A DNA stretch of 64,000 nucleotides, taken from sequence record OK272476.1. One strand, written 5' to 3'. A program made the translations under genes and the position numbers. The notes under the pieces were generated by a model that ran no database searches, had not been told where the DNA came from, and saw only the letters and a list, made by a program, of their open reading frames with translations. Positions 9,009 through 19,005 of this stretch are shown one piece after another. Source of the DNA: Escherichia phage JLBYU24. The stretch's first letter is position 1. Each line of letters starts with the position of its first letter.

Positions 9009-10822
9009 TGGTGTTTAACCCTATGCATGATTTCTTTATTTTTACCGAGATTAAATCCGCGCTCGTTCGGATTTCCCAAATAACCACATGTTCTTCTTAT
9101 GGTATTCATCTTTTTAGGATCAGTTTCTCCACAAATAGAACAAACAAATCCGTTTTCAGTAGGAGTCATTTCATGAGTACTTCCACACGTAAAACATTTA
9201 TCTACTGGCATATTAACACCAAAATAATCTAAATGTTGTGCAGCATAATCCCACACGGCCTCAAGACCTTTTAAGTTATTTTTCATATCAGGAAGTTCAA
9301 CATAAGAAATGTGACCACCTGTCGCAATGAAATGATATGGCGCTTCACGAGAAATCTTTTCAAACGGAGTAATATTTTCTTCTACTGAAACATGGAAACT
9401 GTTAGTGTACCAGCCTTTATCAGTAACATCCTTTACACTTCCATATTTCTCAGTATCAAGTTTACAGAAGCGATAACAAAGGTTTTCAGCAGGTGTAGAA
9501 TACAAGCTAAAAGCAAAACCAGTTCTTTCAGTCCACTGCTTAAGACGAGCATTCATTTTAGTTAAAATTTCCTGTCCAATATCACGACCGACAAGAATAT
9601 TCAATTCGTGAATACCAATGTATCCTAAGGACACTGAACTTCTACCGTTTTTAAATAACTCAATTATGTCGTCATCAGGTTTAAGACGGACCCCGAATGC
9701 ACCTTCTTGGTAAAGAATAGGAGCAACAGTCGCTTTAACTCCTTTTAATGAACTAATTCTACACATCAATGCTTCAAAACACAAATCCATTCGTTCATTG
9801 AACAATTCGGCAAATTTCTGTTCATTGAACTGTGTTCCAATATAAGAATCTAATGCAATACGAGGAAGATTCAGTGTTACAACGCCAAGATTATTACGTC
9901 CATCAAGAATTTCATTACCAGTCGAATCTTTCCATACGCTCAAGAAACTGCGGCAACCCATTGGAGAAACAGGAATAGATGAACCTGTGATAGCTTTATT
10001 GTTCTTAGCTGAAATAATATCAGGATACATTCTTTTGCTTGCACACTCTAGAGCAAGCTGTTTAATATCATAGTTCGGATCGTCTTTGTAAAGATTAACA
10101 CCTTCTTCAACGAACATAACAAGCTTAGGGAAAATAGGAGTTATCCCATCACGACCGAGACCTTTAATACGATTTTTCAGAATTGCTTTCTGAATCATTC
10201 GTTCAGTCCAGTCAGTTCCCGTGCCAAATGTAATTGTTACAAAAGGCGTTTGTCCATTTGAACTAAAGAGAGTATTTACTTCATATTCATAAGCTTGGAA
10301 CGCATCGTATACGTCTTTTTCTGTTTTAGATTGGGCATAATTCAACGCATCAGCGATTTGCCATTTTTCTGCATCCTCAATATGTTTTGCATAGGTGCGT
10401 TTAACATAAGGAGAAAGGACTTTGTCTACATTTGCAAAAGTCGTTCCACCGTATTGATGGGAAGCAACCTGTGCAGTAATTTGTGCCATAATTGCAGTAG
10501 CAACACCGATTGATTTAGGAGTTTCAATCTGTGCATTACCGAGCTTAAATCCGTTCTCAAGCATTCCTTTTAAATCTACTAAACAGCAATTAGTAAATGG
10601 AAGAGCAGGGGAATAATCAATATCATGGAAATGAATAATTCCGCTTTCATGCGCTTTCATAATAAAAGACGGGACCATATTTTTGGCAATGTGTTTAGAC
10701 ACAATACCAGCCATAAGGTCCCGTTGAGTTGGAAAAACACGAGAATCTTTATTAGCATTCTCGTTCAAAAGGTCTTTATTAGTTTTATGAATCAATCCTT
10801 CAATTTCTTTTTCAATTGTCAT
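9005..10822 (-). CDS. nrdD: Anaerobic ribonucleoside-triphosphate reductase (class III), uninterrupted
   Basis: 605 aa, C-terminal glycyl-radical motif RRTCGY and Zn-ribbon cysteines CFTCGS...CSIC. Confidence 0.95.
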   Translation of the reverse strand: MTIEKEIEGLIHKTNKDLLNENANKDSRVFPTQRDLMAGIVSKHIAKNMVPSFIMKAHESGIIHFHDIDYSPALPFTNCCLVDLKGMLENGFKLGNAQIETPKSIGVATAIMAQITAQVASHQYGGTTFANVDKVLSPYVKRTYAKHIEDAEKWQIADALNYAQSKTEKDVYDAFQAYEYEVNTLFSSNGQTPFVTITFGTGTDWTERMIQKAILKNRIKGLGRDGITPIFPKLVMFVEEGVNLYKDDPNYDIKQLALECASKRMYPDIISAKNNKAITGSSIPVSPMGCRSFLSVWKDSTGNEILDGRNNLGVVTLNLPRIALDSYIGTQFNEQKFAELFNERMDLCFEALMCRISSLKGVKATVAPILYQEGAFGVRLKPDDDIIELFKNGRSSVSLGYIGIHELNILVGRDIGQEILTKMNARLKQWTERTGFAFSLYSTPAENLCYRFCKLDTEKYGSVKDVTDKGWYTNSFHVSVEENITPFEKISREAPYHFIATGGHISYVELPDMKNNLKGLEAVWDYAAQHLDYFGVNMPVDKCFTCGSTHEMTPTENGFVCSICGETDPKKMNTIRRTCGYLGNPNERGFNLGKNKEIMHRVKHQ

Positions 10823-11292
10823 TTTAAACTCTTTCTAAGCTGCTTCTTAAATGAAGCTATTAATTGTGTTTTAGTGTCAGATTCATTATATTCAAATCCT
10901 CTTTGAAGCATCTCAGCCATCATTTCCTCTTTTCCTAAACGAGAAAATTCCTTTGATTTATCTCCAACGAAGTTAGGGTGAATATTATTTTGGGTGTAAT
11001 CGGATTTTAAATAAGTAAGTAAATTTTCTAACCATTCAAGATAATCAACACCTTGTCCCTTTAAGCCAGAACGATTAAATTTATGCTTCATTTGACCTTC
11101 CGCAGCATTGCAGAGATTACAGAGCAATCCACGTACCTTTCCTGCTTTTGGTCCATTTAATTCATGGTCATGGTCGAGGTGATTAGCTTGAACATCAGGA
11201 TTTAGTTCTCGTTGGCAAATTAAACATTTACCATTTTGTGCATCATAAAATTTCTGTTTTTCTTCTTTATATAATTTGCCAGTCAATAACAT
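10819..11292 (-). CDS. 49: Endonuclease VII (Holliday junction resolvase)
   Basis: 157 aa, His-Cys box HLDHDHELNGPKAGKVRGLLCNLCN. Confidence 0.92.
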   Translation of the reverse strand: MLLTGKLYKEEKQKFYDAQNGKCLICQRELNPDVQANHLDHDHELNGPKAGKVRGLLCNLCNAAEGQMKHKFNRSGLKGQGVDYLEWLENLLTYLKSDYTQNNIHPNFVGDKSKEFSRLGKEEMMAEMLQRGFEYNESDTKTQLIASFKKQLRKSLK

Positions 11293-11333
11293 AATAAACC
11301 CTTACCTTAAATAGATAAGGGTATTTATTATTT

Positions 11334-11510
11334 TCAAGTATTGTAAAACATTCGATGCAATCGCTTATATTGTCGAATCATCTTTTTAGTAGGACGAGAA
11401 TAAGTTCCTATACAAGTGGTCATATTAGGGTCAGTAGGACTTCCTTTAATAAAAAGTTTCCAAACCTTACCACCATTTAACTTTTCAGTATAAATTAATT
11501 CGGTTTTCAT
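11334..11510 (-). CDS. Small hypothetical protein (58 aa), below ORF-track cutoff
   Basis: Manual translation MKTELIYTEKLNGGKVWKLF...; TAATG overlap with upstream ORF. Confidence 0.4.
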   Translation of the reverse strand: MKTELIYTEKLNGGKVWKLFIKGSPTDPNMTTCIGTYSRPTKKMIRQYKRLHRMFYNT

Positions 11511-11974
11511 TAAAACGCTCGGTCAGAAAAAGAAATTTGAGTTTCAAGCCATTCAATATATTCTGCCGCGGCTTGCATTAAATTTCCTTCGTAATCATCA
11601 ATATCTTTTTTCAACGCCGATTTAGATAATGCATATGAAATGCGTTCACCCTGAAATCCAGCTTTAGGTTTATGAAGAACTTGATCAATTCGTTCTACAA
11701 CTTCTTCAATTTCGCCATTTTCTGCGGATTCAGTATTCCACAAGCACCAATACGTAATTGGCTTATCGTAGATGTTAATAATCTTTCCATCAGAAAGTTC
11801 AATTTCAATAATTCCAGTATCAGGTTCTATATCATCTTCGCATTCTTTTGCAAGTTCACGAACTTTAAAGACAGTACCTGCACTAAGTTCCGGCCAGTAA
11901 TTACACAGCCCTTTATCAGCACGATTAATTCTAAACCACTTATCTACTGCAATCATACCCCATCTCCATATCAA
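11510..11974 (-). CDS. Hypothetical protein (154 aa)
   Basis: ORF track; position between 49 and nrdC. Confidence 0.65.
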   Translation of the reverse strand: MIWRWGMIAVDKWFRINRADKGLCNYWPELSAGTVFKVRELAKECEDDIEPDTGIIEIELSDGKIINIYDKPITYWCLWNTESAENGEIEEVVERIDQVLHKPKAGFQGERISYALSKSALKKDIDDYEGNLMQAAAEYIEWLETQISFSDRAF

Positions 11975-12079
11975 TTAAGTCATTTATCGTCGGTTCATTA
12001 TATACTGTTTCTTCATCAGTGTAAACCGGTTCTTCCGGCTCTGGCTCTACTGTTTCCCATCTAGCCGCCCACCAAGGTT

Positions 12080-12400
12080 TTATAGCGTAATCCATTCTCG
12101 TACTGTCTGAGTTACTACACGTTCACGGGGCTCGACTAGTTCAACAGTCGGAACTGCATAATACCAGTCAGAATGATAAGAACCTGACCGAGATTCATTT
12201 ACAGCCACATGTACATTATGTTTTGGACTAAAGTAAACACACTGACGATATTGACATTTACCATCTTGCACCCAGTCTTCTATTTCGACAGGTTTAAGAT
12301 AATCGGAAAAATCGAAATCATAGTTTTCCGAAAATGCATCATGGTCTTCAATGATTTCGCTCAGAACTGCATCAACATCTAATTTATTTTCAATAGTCAT
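12080..12400 (-). CDS. Hypothetical acidic protein
   Basis: ORF track. Confidence 0.65.
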   Translation of the reverse strand: MTIENKLDVDAVLSEIIEDHDAFSENYDFDFSDYLKPVEIEDWVQDGKCQYRQCVYFSPKHNVHVAVNESRSGSYHSDWYYAVPTVELVEPRERVVTQTVREWITL

Positions 12401-12583
12401 TTTTCACCAATTAATTTCGCAATTTATTAAGTTCTTCATCATCAATCCAGGATTCTAGTCCTGATGGCAGGTCACATTCAATTTCCCAAAGAAGTTCTTC
12501 AATTTTCTGAAGACGATCTAGTTCTTCGGCTGGAATAGTAACCATTGACGGAGCTCGTGATACATTAATATCGTAAATCATAT

Positions 12584-12799
12584 TTACCCCAGTTTAACCA
12601 TACAATCGCCATATTTCCACTTAGAAATAGACTTTTCGCCATTAGAATAATAAACTTCAAGTTTAGCACGGTTATTTTTAATTTGAATAACCTTGGCTGT
12701 CATCAAAGTTCCATACCCATAATAAACTGCAACTTCATCACCTACATATACCGCGCTTCCGCGGTAATCATGAATATAGTCAGTTCCTTCGAGCATCAT
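12584..12799 (-). CDS. Hypothetical protein
   Basis: ORF track, ATGA overlap with nrdC. Confidence 0.6.
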   Translation of the reverse strand: MMLEGTDYIHDYRGSAVYVGDEVAVYYGYGTLMTAKVIQIKNNRAKLEVYYSNGEKSISKWKYGDCMVKLG

Positions 12800-13059
12800 T
12801 TAAAATATTCTCGCAGTTGGTCAAATCCACCAATATGACTTCCATCAGGAGCAAATACCTGGGGCATTGTCAAGCCGATTTGAGTATCACGACCTAGTTT
12901 AGTCAGAAGCTCAGCGATTTTCTCATCATCAAAAACACCTTTTTCCGGCATAATGTTGATAAATTCAAACGGTTGTTTCTTCACTGTCAAAAGACGTTTT
13001 GCATTATCGCAATACACACATTTGTGGATGTTGCTATCATAACCATATACTTTAAACAT
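12796..13059 (-). CDS. nrdC: Thioredoxin/glutaredoxin (T4 NrdC)
   Basis: 87 aa, CVYC active site, recalled identity to T4 thioredoxin. Confidence 0.92.
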   Translation of the reverse strand: MFKVYGYDSNIHKCVYCDNAKRLLTVKKQPFEFINIMPEKGVFDDEKIAELLTKLGRDTQIGLTMPQVFAPDGSHIGGFDQLREYFK

Positions 13060-13060
13060 A

Positions 13061-13339
13061 TTATTCCTTAATTCCTAGTACTTGTTTAAAAGTCTCGTCG
13101 TAATCAAGACTTTGGCCCGTTTGTTCTTTATGTTTGTATATAATATCACTTACTTCTGATAGCATATTTTTGTATGAACGAGTTAAAGCAGATTTAAGCA
13201 CGCTGTATCTATCAGGAAATTTACCATGTTCATTATAATAAGCTATTGCTAATTCACGGACTGCCTTTTCAGCAGCCTCCATATATTCTTTACGCTTGGT
13301 CATTTTAATCCAAAATATTATTAGGCATTGGTTGAACAC
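13061..13339 (-). CDS. Hypothetical protein (start possibly Met at 13303)
   Basis: ORF track. Confidence 0.6.
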   Translation of the reverse strand: MFNQCLIIFWIKMTKRKEYMEAAEKAVRELAIAYYNEHGKFPDRYSVLKSALTRSYKNMLSEVSDIIYKHKEQTGQSLDYDETFKQVLGIKE

Positions 13340-13694
13340 TCACAAGTTCTTTAAAGAACTCAGTAGAGTCAGGCAATTTAACCATTTCCGGAGCATGCTT
13401 ACTGAATTTATGTTTACATTGACGGCATTTATATTCAAGCTCTGGTTTACGCCAGTTAATCAATTGAACTTGTTCAGCACCGCATTCAGGGCAATTAGGA
13501 ACGTTTTTAGAAGCTCTTTCACGTCGTTCAACCATAGCCATAATAGCATCCCATGCTGGAGGTTTAAAATCTAAATCGTCGCAGCCATGAATCTTTCCAC
13601 GCATTTCCATATCATCTTCCTCACCAGCCATAATAATTTTAATTAAACTGGAATTACTTGAAGCTGCAATGTCTTCTAATAAACGCTTTTTCAT
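13305..13694 (-). CDS. Zinc-ribbon protein
   Basis: 129 aa, CPECG...CRQCKHKF four-Cys motif. Confidence 0.65.
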   Translation of the reverse strand: MKKRLLEDIAASSNSSLIKIIMAGEEDDMEMRGKIHGCDDLDFKPPAWDAIMAMVERRERASKNVPNCPECGAEQVQLINWRKPELEYKCRQCKHKFSKHAPEMVKLPDSTEFFKELVSVQPMPNNILD

Positions 13695-14620
13695 TTCAAT
13701 ACCTCAATAGCATTACGTAAACCATTTGCTTTTGCATTAAGAGCTTTTAACAATTTGGTGTGTTCGGCAATCTGGGCTTCAACTTCAATCAAACGAGCAT
13801 TGAGATATTCGCGTTCTTCGCTCAGATTATCAACCTTTTCTACTTTAGGCTCTTTTACAACTGTCTTATATGTATTAGGGTTCTTCAGTTTAATTAGAAT
13901 GCGTGAACTATATAACATTGAACCGTTATCTTCGGTTTCGTCATACATTTCTACTACGTCCATGATTTTTAACATCATGCGAAGTTTATAAGACAACGAA
14001 CGAATAGTTTTGTTGTGCTTATTAATTTCTTTAGCTGTCATGGTGCCGAGATTACGTGAGTAATAATAAGGAACCTGGATATTAATTAATACTGATGAAC
14101 CACCTGGCTTGTGTGTTACTTCATCAGCAATAACCCAGTCCTTAACGTGAACTGTATTTGTACGGTCATCGCCCGCGGTAAATAGTTTGCGAGCATGCTT
14201 AAAAAGCATATTCACTTGGTCATTGAATTGACAAGCAAATTTATCAGCAAAGTTAGTTTCAGGAATGGTAGATAACCAATCAGCCAAATGGGTCTTTTTA
14301 ACATCGTTAACAATAGTAAATTCAACCAAATCGGTTATAGATGTCTCAGATTTAATAAAGCTCGGCTTCATAAAGTTTTTAATGTTCTCACGAGCTACAG
14401 TAGAAGATAACATACGAGAACGTTTAAACCATTCAAGCAAATTGCCTAACGAATGAGAATAAGCGTTTTGAGTATCTTTACAGATATGATTTTCCTGACC
14501 AACATATTGAAGGAAATCACGAAGAATATTATTGATTACTGCTCTGTGCCCGATCTGATAATTACGGTGTTTAGTAATAAGACTGTCAAAATAATCAATA
14601 TAATGTTTACGAGTTTTCAT
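13691..14620 (-). CDS. Hypothetical protein with C-terminal coiled-coil tail (309 aa)
   Basis: ORF track; C-terminal heptad-like segment [42 protein letters not shown]. Confidence 0.7.
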   Translation of the reverse strand: MKTRKHYIDYFDSLITKHRNYQIGHRAVINNILRDFLQYVGQENHICKDTQNAYSHSLGNLLEWFKRSRMLSSTVARENIKNFMKPSFIKSETSITDLVEFTIVNDVKKTHLADWLSTIPETNFADKFACQFNDQVNMLFKHARKLFTAGDDRTNTVHVKDWVIADEVTHKPGGSSVLINIQVPYYYSRNLGTMTAKEINKHNKTIRSLSYKLRMMLKIMDVVEMYDETEDNGSMLYSSRILIKLKNPNTYKTVVKEPKVEKVDNLSEEREYLNARLIEVEAQIAEHTKLLKALNAKANGLRNAIEVLK

Positions 14621-14672
14621 ATTCTTCTCACTTGGTTAATGGTTTATACTCCGAGCCATCCTTGGCTTTAAA

Positions 14673-15674
14673 TTACTTAATTAACTGTAAAGCTTGTTCA
14701 AGACGATCAAGACGATTAACGGATTCTTCCCAAATCTTTTTAGCCTGCTCATATTCTTTCTGCGCTTTATTAGAAATTTCTAGAACTTCTTTATAAGCTT
14801 TTTCTAGTGCAATAACTTCTGGACGAATTTCTACCGGTTCAGGTGAATCGTCAAGATTATCCATTAGTTCCTCAAGGGTAGTTTCTTCTTTAGGAGTATT
14901 CACAATTTCCTCACATTTTTGTTGATAAATTTCTTTATCAGTAGGTGAATAAGCACATTTCACTTCACGAAGACTAATTACAATTTTATATCCTTCCCAT
15001 CCGCATATATTCTTAAAAGGATATGTATGAATATTTTCTACTGTTTCCATACAAAGTAATGCAGTCTCTAACTGACGAGTTATAGTGCTAGCAATTGAGA
15101 AAAATTTATTAATATTCTTTTGGTTAGTTTCTGGTGTAAAAAATCCATAATTCACAAAAATAGCTACTTTATTTTTATCAAGCTCATATTCTTTTACGAT
15201 AATCATATCAGAAGCCAAAGGATGAATTTGACGATAATCGCCATAACATAATTTAGAAGCTGATTTTAGAATTTGTCCTTTGAAAAGTCTGAAATTACTA
15301 ATCCAACGACGAGTAAAAATATTCTCAGGGTCTTCTTTATTATTAAGATGATAAGAATTAACATCACCGAACCAATTATATCCTACTACATCTTTAGTTC
15401 GTTTAATTTCTTTCCCAAAATTACCAAGAATATCCCGATTAACCAAATATGAAAGAAGACGAGACTCTTTAAAAGTTTTTTTGATAACATCTTTATCTAC
15501 ACGGCTAGAAATTTTACGAATTTCATGAATAAATTTAGTAGAAGAAACAATACTTGCATCAACACTATTGAGCCATTGATTGATAATAGAAAGAACGATA
15601 TTTTGACCAAACATCGGTATAGCTTTATCATCAATAACGCTATTGAATGATTTGATATATTCGTTACGAGTCAT
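14673..15674 (-). CDS. Hypothetical protein with C-terminal coiled-coil tail
   Basis: ORF 14673..15704 trimmed to Met at 15674 (MTRNEYIKSF, RBS GAGGAG) because the first 10 codons overlie a promoter; C-terminal coiled coil. Confidence 0.7.
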   Translation of the reverse strand: MTRNEYIKSFNSVIDDKAIPMFGQNIVLSIINQWLNSVDASIVSSTKFIHEIRKISSRVDKDVIKKTFKESRLLSYLVNRDILGNFGKEIKRTKDVVGYNWFGDVNSYHLNNKEDPENIFTRRWISNFRLFKGQILKSASKLCYGDYRQIHPLASDMIIVKEYELDKNKVAIFVNYGFFTPETNQKNINKFFSIASTITRQLETALLCMETVENIHTYPFKNICGWEGYKIVISLREVKCAYSPTDKEIYQQKCEEIVNTPKEETTLEELMDNLDDSPEPVEIRPEVIALEKAYKEVLEISNKAQKEYEQAKKIWEESVNRLDRLEQALQLIK

Positions 15675-15702
15675 ATTAATCTCCTCAGTAGAAAGTAAGA
15701 AC

Positions 15703-15732
15703 ATTATACCACATCCTTGTGGCGAAGTAAAC
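15703..15732 (-). promoter_or_regulatory. T4-type early promoter
   Basis: Minus strand GTTTAC (15727-15732), 18-nt spacer, tgTGgTATAAT (-10 at 15703-15708). Confidence 0.5.
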
Positions 15733-16736
15733 TAGTTTAGTGCATTTAGTGCGTTGTTCAATTTAGAACGTTGCTTCGTGAGATTTTTTACTTTTTCTTG
15801 AGCTTTTTCTAGCATCTTTTCAGCTTCTAACACTTCATTAGTTGCTTTAACGAGTTCATCATCTACTGCCTTGATAGACTTCTCAATCGCATCCGCGTGC
15901 CATTTTTCAACAGGTTTAAGACTCGGATTTTCAACAGGAAGAAAATTCACTTTATTGAATTTCCATGCATCATTATTACCTGAACTATACATCCAAAATT
16001 TAGGATCGTTTGATGAGTAATTAGTTTGGGGTTCAGGTTTTTTCTCTTGTGTAACTTCGTCCTTTCTCAAAAAATCATATTTAAATGAAACGATCATATC
16101 AAGTTCATATGTTGTCGTATCTAATTTAAATCGTTCGAAATGCTGCGAAATCTTAGACTGAACAGCAGAAACAACATCCATATACTTAAATGCTTCTGTC
16201 AGCTGTGATTTAAGACATTCACAAATTGAAAGAGAATTTTTAGTACTAGGTTTAAAGCTAATTCGTGCAGTTCTATTATTTTCTTTTAATGGTCTTACTT
16301 CCATCTGAAGAGTATAACCATCAAATTTCAGATTCTTTAAGTTAATATCAGAGCCCTTTAATCGACTAGCAGTAGACAAAATTTGCTTTAATTGTTTACG
16401 AAATAGAGCAATAAATCTCCATTCAATACGATAATGATTTGGATTAAAAAATCCTGTTGATAAATCAACCTTACTCTGACCAACGCCTTGAACAAATAGA
16501 GGATTTTTATAATCAATAGTTTTACAGAAATCGGTGAGCTGCTCACGAGCAGTCATTTGAGTAATATACCCTGCTTCATTAAAATGACGTAACCATTCAC
16601 TGCTATTCATATACTTAAAGTGAATATCACGATTAACTTTATCAGGGTCTAAATTATTTTGGCACAAAAATGTCATAACATTACGGGTATAGCTGGCATT
16701 ACGAACCATATCTTCAATTTGAGAACGAGTTTTCAT
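15732..16736 (-). CDS. Hypothetical protein with C-terminal coiled-coil tail (334 aa)
   Basis: ORF track; C-terminal LVKATNEVLEAEKMLEKAQEKVKNLTKQRSKLNNALNALN. Confidence 0.7.
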   Translation of the reverse strand: MKTRSQIEDMVRNASYTRNVMTFLCQNNLDPDKVNRDIHFKYMNSSEWLRHFNEAGYITQMTAREQLTDFCKTIDYKNPLFVQGVGQSKVDLSTGFFNPNHYRIEWRFIALFRKQLKQILSTASRLKGSDINLKNLKFDGYTLQMEVRPLKENNRTARISFKPSTKNSLSICECLKSQLTEAFKYMDVVSAVQSKISQHFERFKLDTTTYELDMIVSFKYDFLRKDEVTQEKKPEPQTNYSSNDPKFWMYSSGNNDAWKFNKVNFLPVENPSLKPVEKWHADAIEKSIKAVDDELVKATNEVLEAEKMLEKAQEKVKNLTKQRSKLNNALNALN

Positions 16737-16744
16737 AGTGTTCC

Positions 16745-17653
16745 TTAAGATTTAAGTAAATCAACAATTTTAATTAATTTTTCACGCTCAGATTTAGCTT
16801 TACTACTCAATCCAGATAGTCTGAAAATTTCATCGTCATACTGTTGAATAGAAATATTCAGCTCTTCAATTTGCTTATTAAAATAATCAATTTGCTCAGA
16901 ATGTTTTTCATTACTGCGAACTGGTACAGGTTTTGTAGGCAATTTAGTTAAACTGGATTCATCCGGGCGATAAATTAAAATACAACTTGAACCAATCGGG
17001 CATTTAGCACCAGACACATATTCTAATGTTCCGGCTTCTTTTAAAACTTCAAAAGCTAAACAGAGATGATGCCCCATATTAACATAATCTGTAGAGCGAG
17101 CTCTAATATAATAATCATCACCGCGAATACTAAATTTAAAGCATTTAAGGTCTTCTGTATTATTGGTCTTAAAAATCATTTGTTTATCTAGACCTTTAGC
17201 TAATCGAGCGCCTAATGCTAATAATCGTCGTTGATTTTCCCACAAATCCGCAATCATTTGGTCAAATGATAATTTCGGCATTAGTCGACCATAAAGGTCG
17301 TATCCTTTATTATAATTGCGAAGGATTTCACTCGCGTTAATACGAGACAATGCTCCAATTTTATTAAGGGCTTTCATAATGCGATTAGATAAACCCATTC
17401 CAGACCCGTTTGTTCGTTGTAAATGTTTATCTAATCCAAATCCAATATCAACTTTAAACTTATCTAAAATTTCTGCATGAACATCTCTGTCAATAACATT
17501 CAAATCCAAAGTTGGGTTAAATCTATGAAAAAATTTATCTGGCTCTCCACGACGAAGTACAGTCCATTCATTCAATTTTTTATTAACTAAAGATTTAATT
17601 ACTGCATTGACATTATTAATTACTACTGACATATTTTCCTCACTCAATTTCAA
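16745..17653 (-). CDS. Hypothetical protein with C-terminal coiled-coil tail (302 aa)
   Basis: ORF track; C-terminal QIDYFNKQIEELNISIQQYDDEIFRLSG...EREKLIKIVDLLKS. Confidence 0.7.
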   Translation of the reverse strand: MKLSEENMSVVINNVNAVIKSLVNKKLNEWTVLRRGEPDKFFHRFNPTLDLNVIDRDVHAEILDKFKVDIGFGLDKHLQRTNGSGMGLSNRIMKALNKIGALSRINASEILRNYNKGYDLYGRLMPKLSFDQMIADLWENQRRLLALGARLAKGLDKQMIFKTNNTEDLKCFKFSIRGDDYYIRARSTDYVNMGHHLCLAFEVLKEAGTLEYVSGAKCPIGSSCILIYRPDESSLTKLPTKPVPVRSNEKHSEQIDYFNKQIEELNISIQQYDDEIFRLSGLSSKAKSEREKLIKIVDLLKS

Positions 17654-18047
17654 TTTTACTAAATACGCAGAATATGATGGAAAAGACTATATAAGCACCG
17701 CATATAGATTGAACTAATACCATTCCAAAGAACCAAACAATATTATCAAACAATGTCTGTTTTACGTCGAAAGGACGTAAACTTACAGTAATATTATCAC
17801 CTTTTTCTATTGAAGAATACATCTCTGGAGAAATATATTCGCTAAATCTATAACCATCATTCAGCTCATATACAGCAATAAACGATAAACTAGACCCCTT
17901 TCCTTGTGTTCCTGTAAAGGTATTAACTACAGTAACATCATAATCTTTATAATGCATATAATCATTAATAGCATAATAACCATATGCAACTACTACGCAT
18001 AAACAACATATCAATAAATTCAATCTTTTAATTATCAACTGTTTCAT
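17640..18047 (-). CDS. Membrane protein (two predicted TM segments)
   Basis: 135 aa, hydrophobic N- and C-terminal spans. Confidence 0.65.
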   Translation of the reverse strand: MKQLIIKRLNLLICCLCVVVAYGYYAINDYMHYKDYDVTVVNTFTGTQGKGSSLSFIAVYELNDGYRFSEYISPEMYSSIEKGDNITVSLRPFDVKQTLFDNIVWFFGMVLVQSICGAYIVFSIIFCVFSKIEIE

Positions 18048-18102
18048 AATAATCTCAATTAAAAGGGCTTAGAACCATTATACCATCCTTGGTATAAAGC
18101 GG

Positions 18103-18630
18103 TTATGCGAGTACCGTCTTTAACCGTTCTTCAAACTTCCGAAGAGTATTTTGGCGTTCAGCTCTTTGCTTTTTGTAAGTTTCAATACGCTCTGAAATGA
18201 GAGTGTATCGTTCATTTACTGATTCTTTCATAAAATCAGGAATTTCACGAGAAGCTTTAATCTCGTCAAATTTATCAATAACAGCTTGCTCTTCAGCAAT
18301 TAAGTTATCATACATCAAAATATCTTTCTTGATGAACTCAATATCTTCTTGAGTTACACGAGATAATTTAGATGCTTTATCCTTTTTGTACTGTTCGTTA
18401 GTATCACGAGACCAGTGTAATGTACGATTTTTATTCGTATTCTTGTAAATTTCTACAATACCAATCTCATCAATAATAACGATCCAATTCCAACGGGATT
18501 TGTAAATTTGTCCTCCATCAACAGTGATTTCACCTCCAATTGAGATGTCATTAAAGAACTTGCTTTGTGCTTCTGATTTAAATTTACCATCGTTGTAATT
18601 TACCAGGTTGAAAATATCTTTAGCGTTCAT
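18103..18630 (-). CDS. Hypothetical protein (175 aa)
   Basis: ORF 18103..18690 trimmed to Met at 18630 (MNAKDIF, RBS GGAGG); upstream 20 codons overlie a promoter. Confidence 0.65.
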   Translation of the reverse strand: MNAKDIFNLVNYNDGKFKSEAQSKFFNDISIGGEITVDGGQIYKSRWNWIVIIDEIGIVEIYKNTNKNRTLHWSRDTNEQYKKDKASKLSRVTQEDIEFIKKDILMYDNLIAEEQAVIDKFDEIKASREIPDFMKESVNERYTLISERIETYKKQRAERQNTLRKFEERLKTVLA

Positions 18631-18658
18631 TTTCTGTTCCTCCGTAGTTGATAGTTGT

Positions 18659-18688
18659 ATAGTACCATGGAGGAACAGTCTTGTAAAC
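18659..18688 (-). promoter_or_regulatory. T4-type early promoter
   Basis: GTTTAC (18683-18688), 18-nt spacer, TACTAT (18659-18664); shares motif gttgatagttgtatagtaccatgg with 20351 and 35427. Confidence 0.55.
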
Positions 18689-18690
18689 AA

Positions 18691-19005
18691 CTAAAAGAAA
18701 CTTCTTTCACAATTTTTTCCACTGAACCACGCGCTCACTGCTTTCTTAGTCTCAGGAGCAGTGTTATCCATAAACCATTCAAAGGCAGCCTTTTTATGAT
18801 TCTGGAGGGCTTCTCGGGCTTTAATCTGCTCACGGTCTATTAACACTAACATATGAGCCTTTCTTGTCACCAAGGGCTTCTTATGATTCTTGGAGTATTC
18901 CCAATCATTTGTCCATCGCATCGTTGTTGCGAACTGAAATACTGCTTCTTTAATTTTAGTTTCGTAAATTTCACGAGCCTTTGAGTATAACATCACTACC
19001 TCCAT
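18691..19005 (-). CDS. Hypothetical protein
   Basis: ORF track. Confidence 0.6.
   Translation of the reverse strand: MEVVMLYSKAREIYETKIKEAVFQFATTMRWTNDWEYSKNHKKPLVTRKAHMLVLIDREQIKAREALQNHKKAAFEWFMDNTAPETKKAVSAWFSGKNCERSFF

Noticed and set aside
9008-14671. Plus-strand ORFs within nrdD and the nrdC region (e.g. 9008..9232, 10295..10513, 10625..10906, 11672..12064, 13296..13574, 13755..13991, 14265..14671)
   Set aside because: Antisense to strongly supported minus-strand genes; typical AT-rich spurious ORFs.
18060-18110. Possible early promoter upstream of membrane gene 17640..18047
   Set aside because: TATAAT-like -10 present but no GTTTAC-type -35 at the expected spacing.
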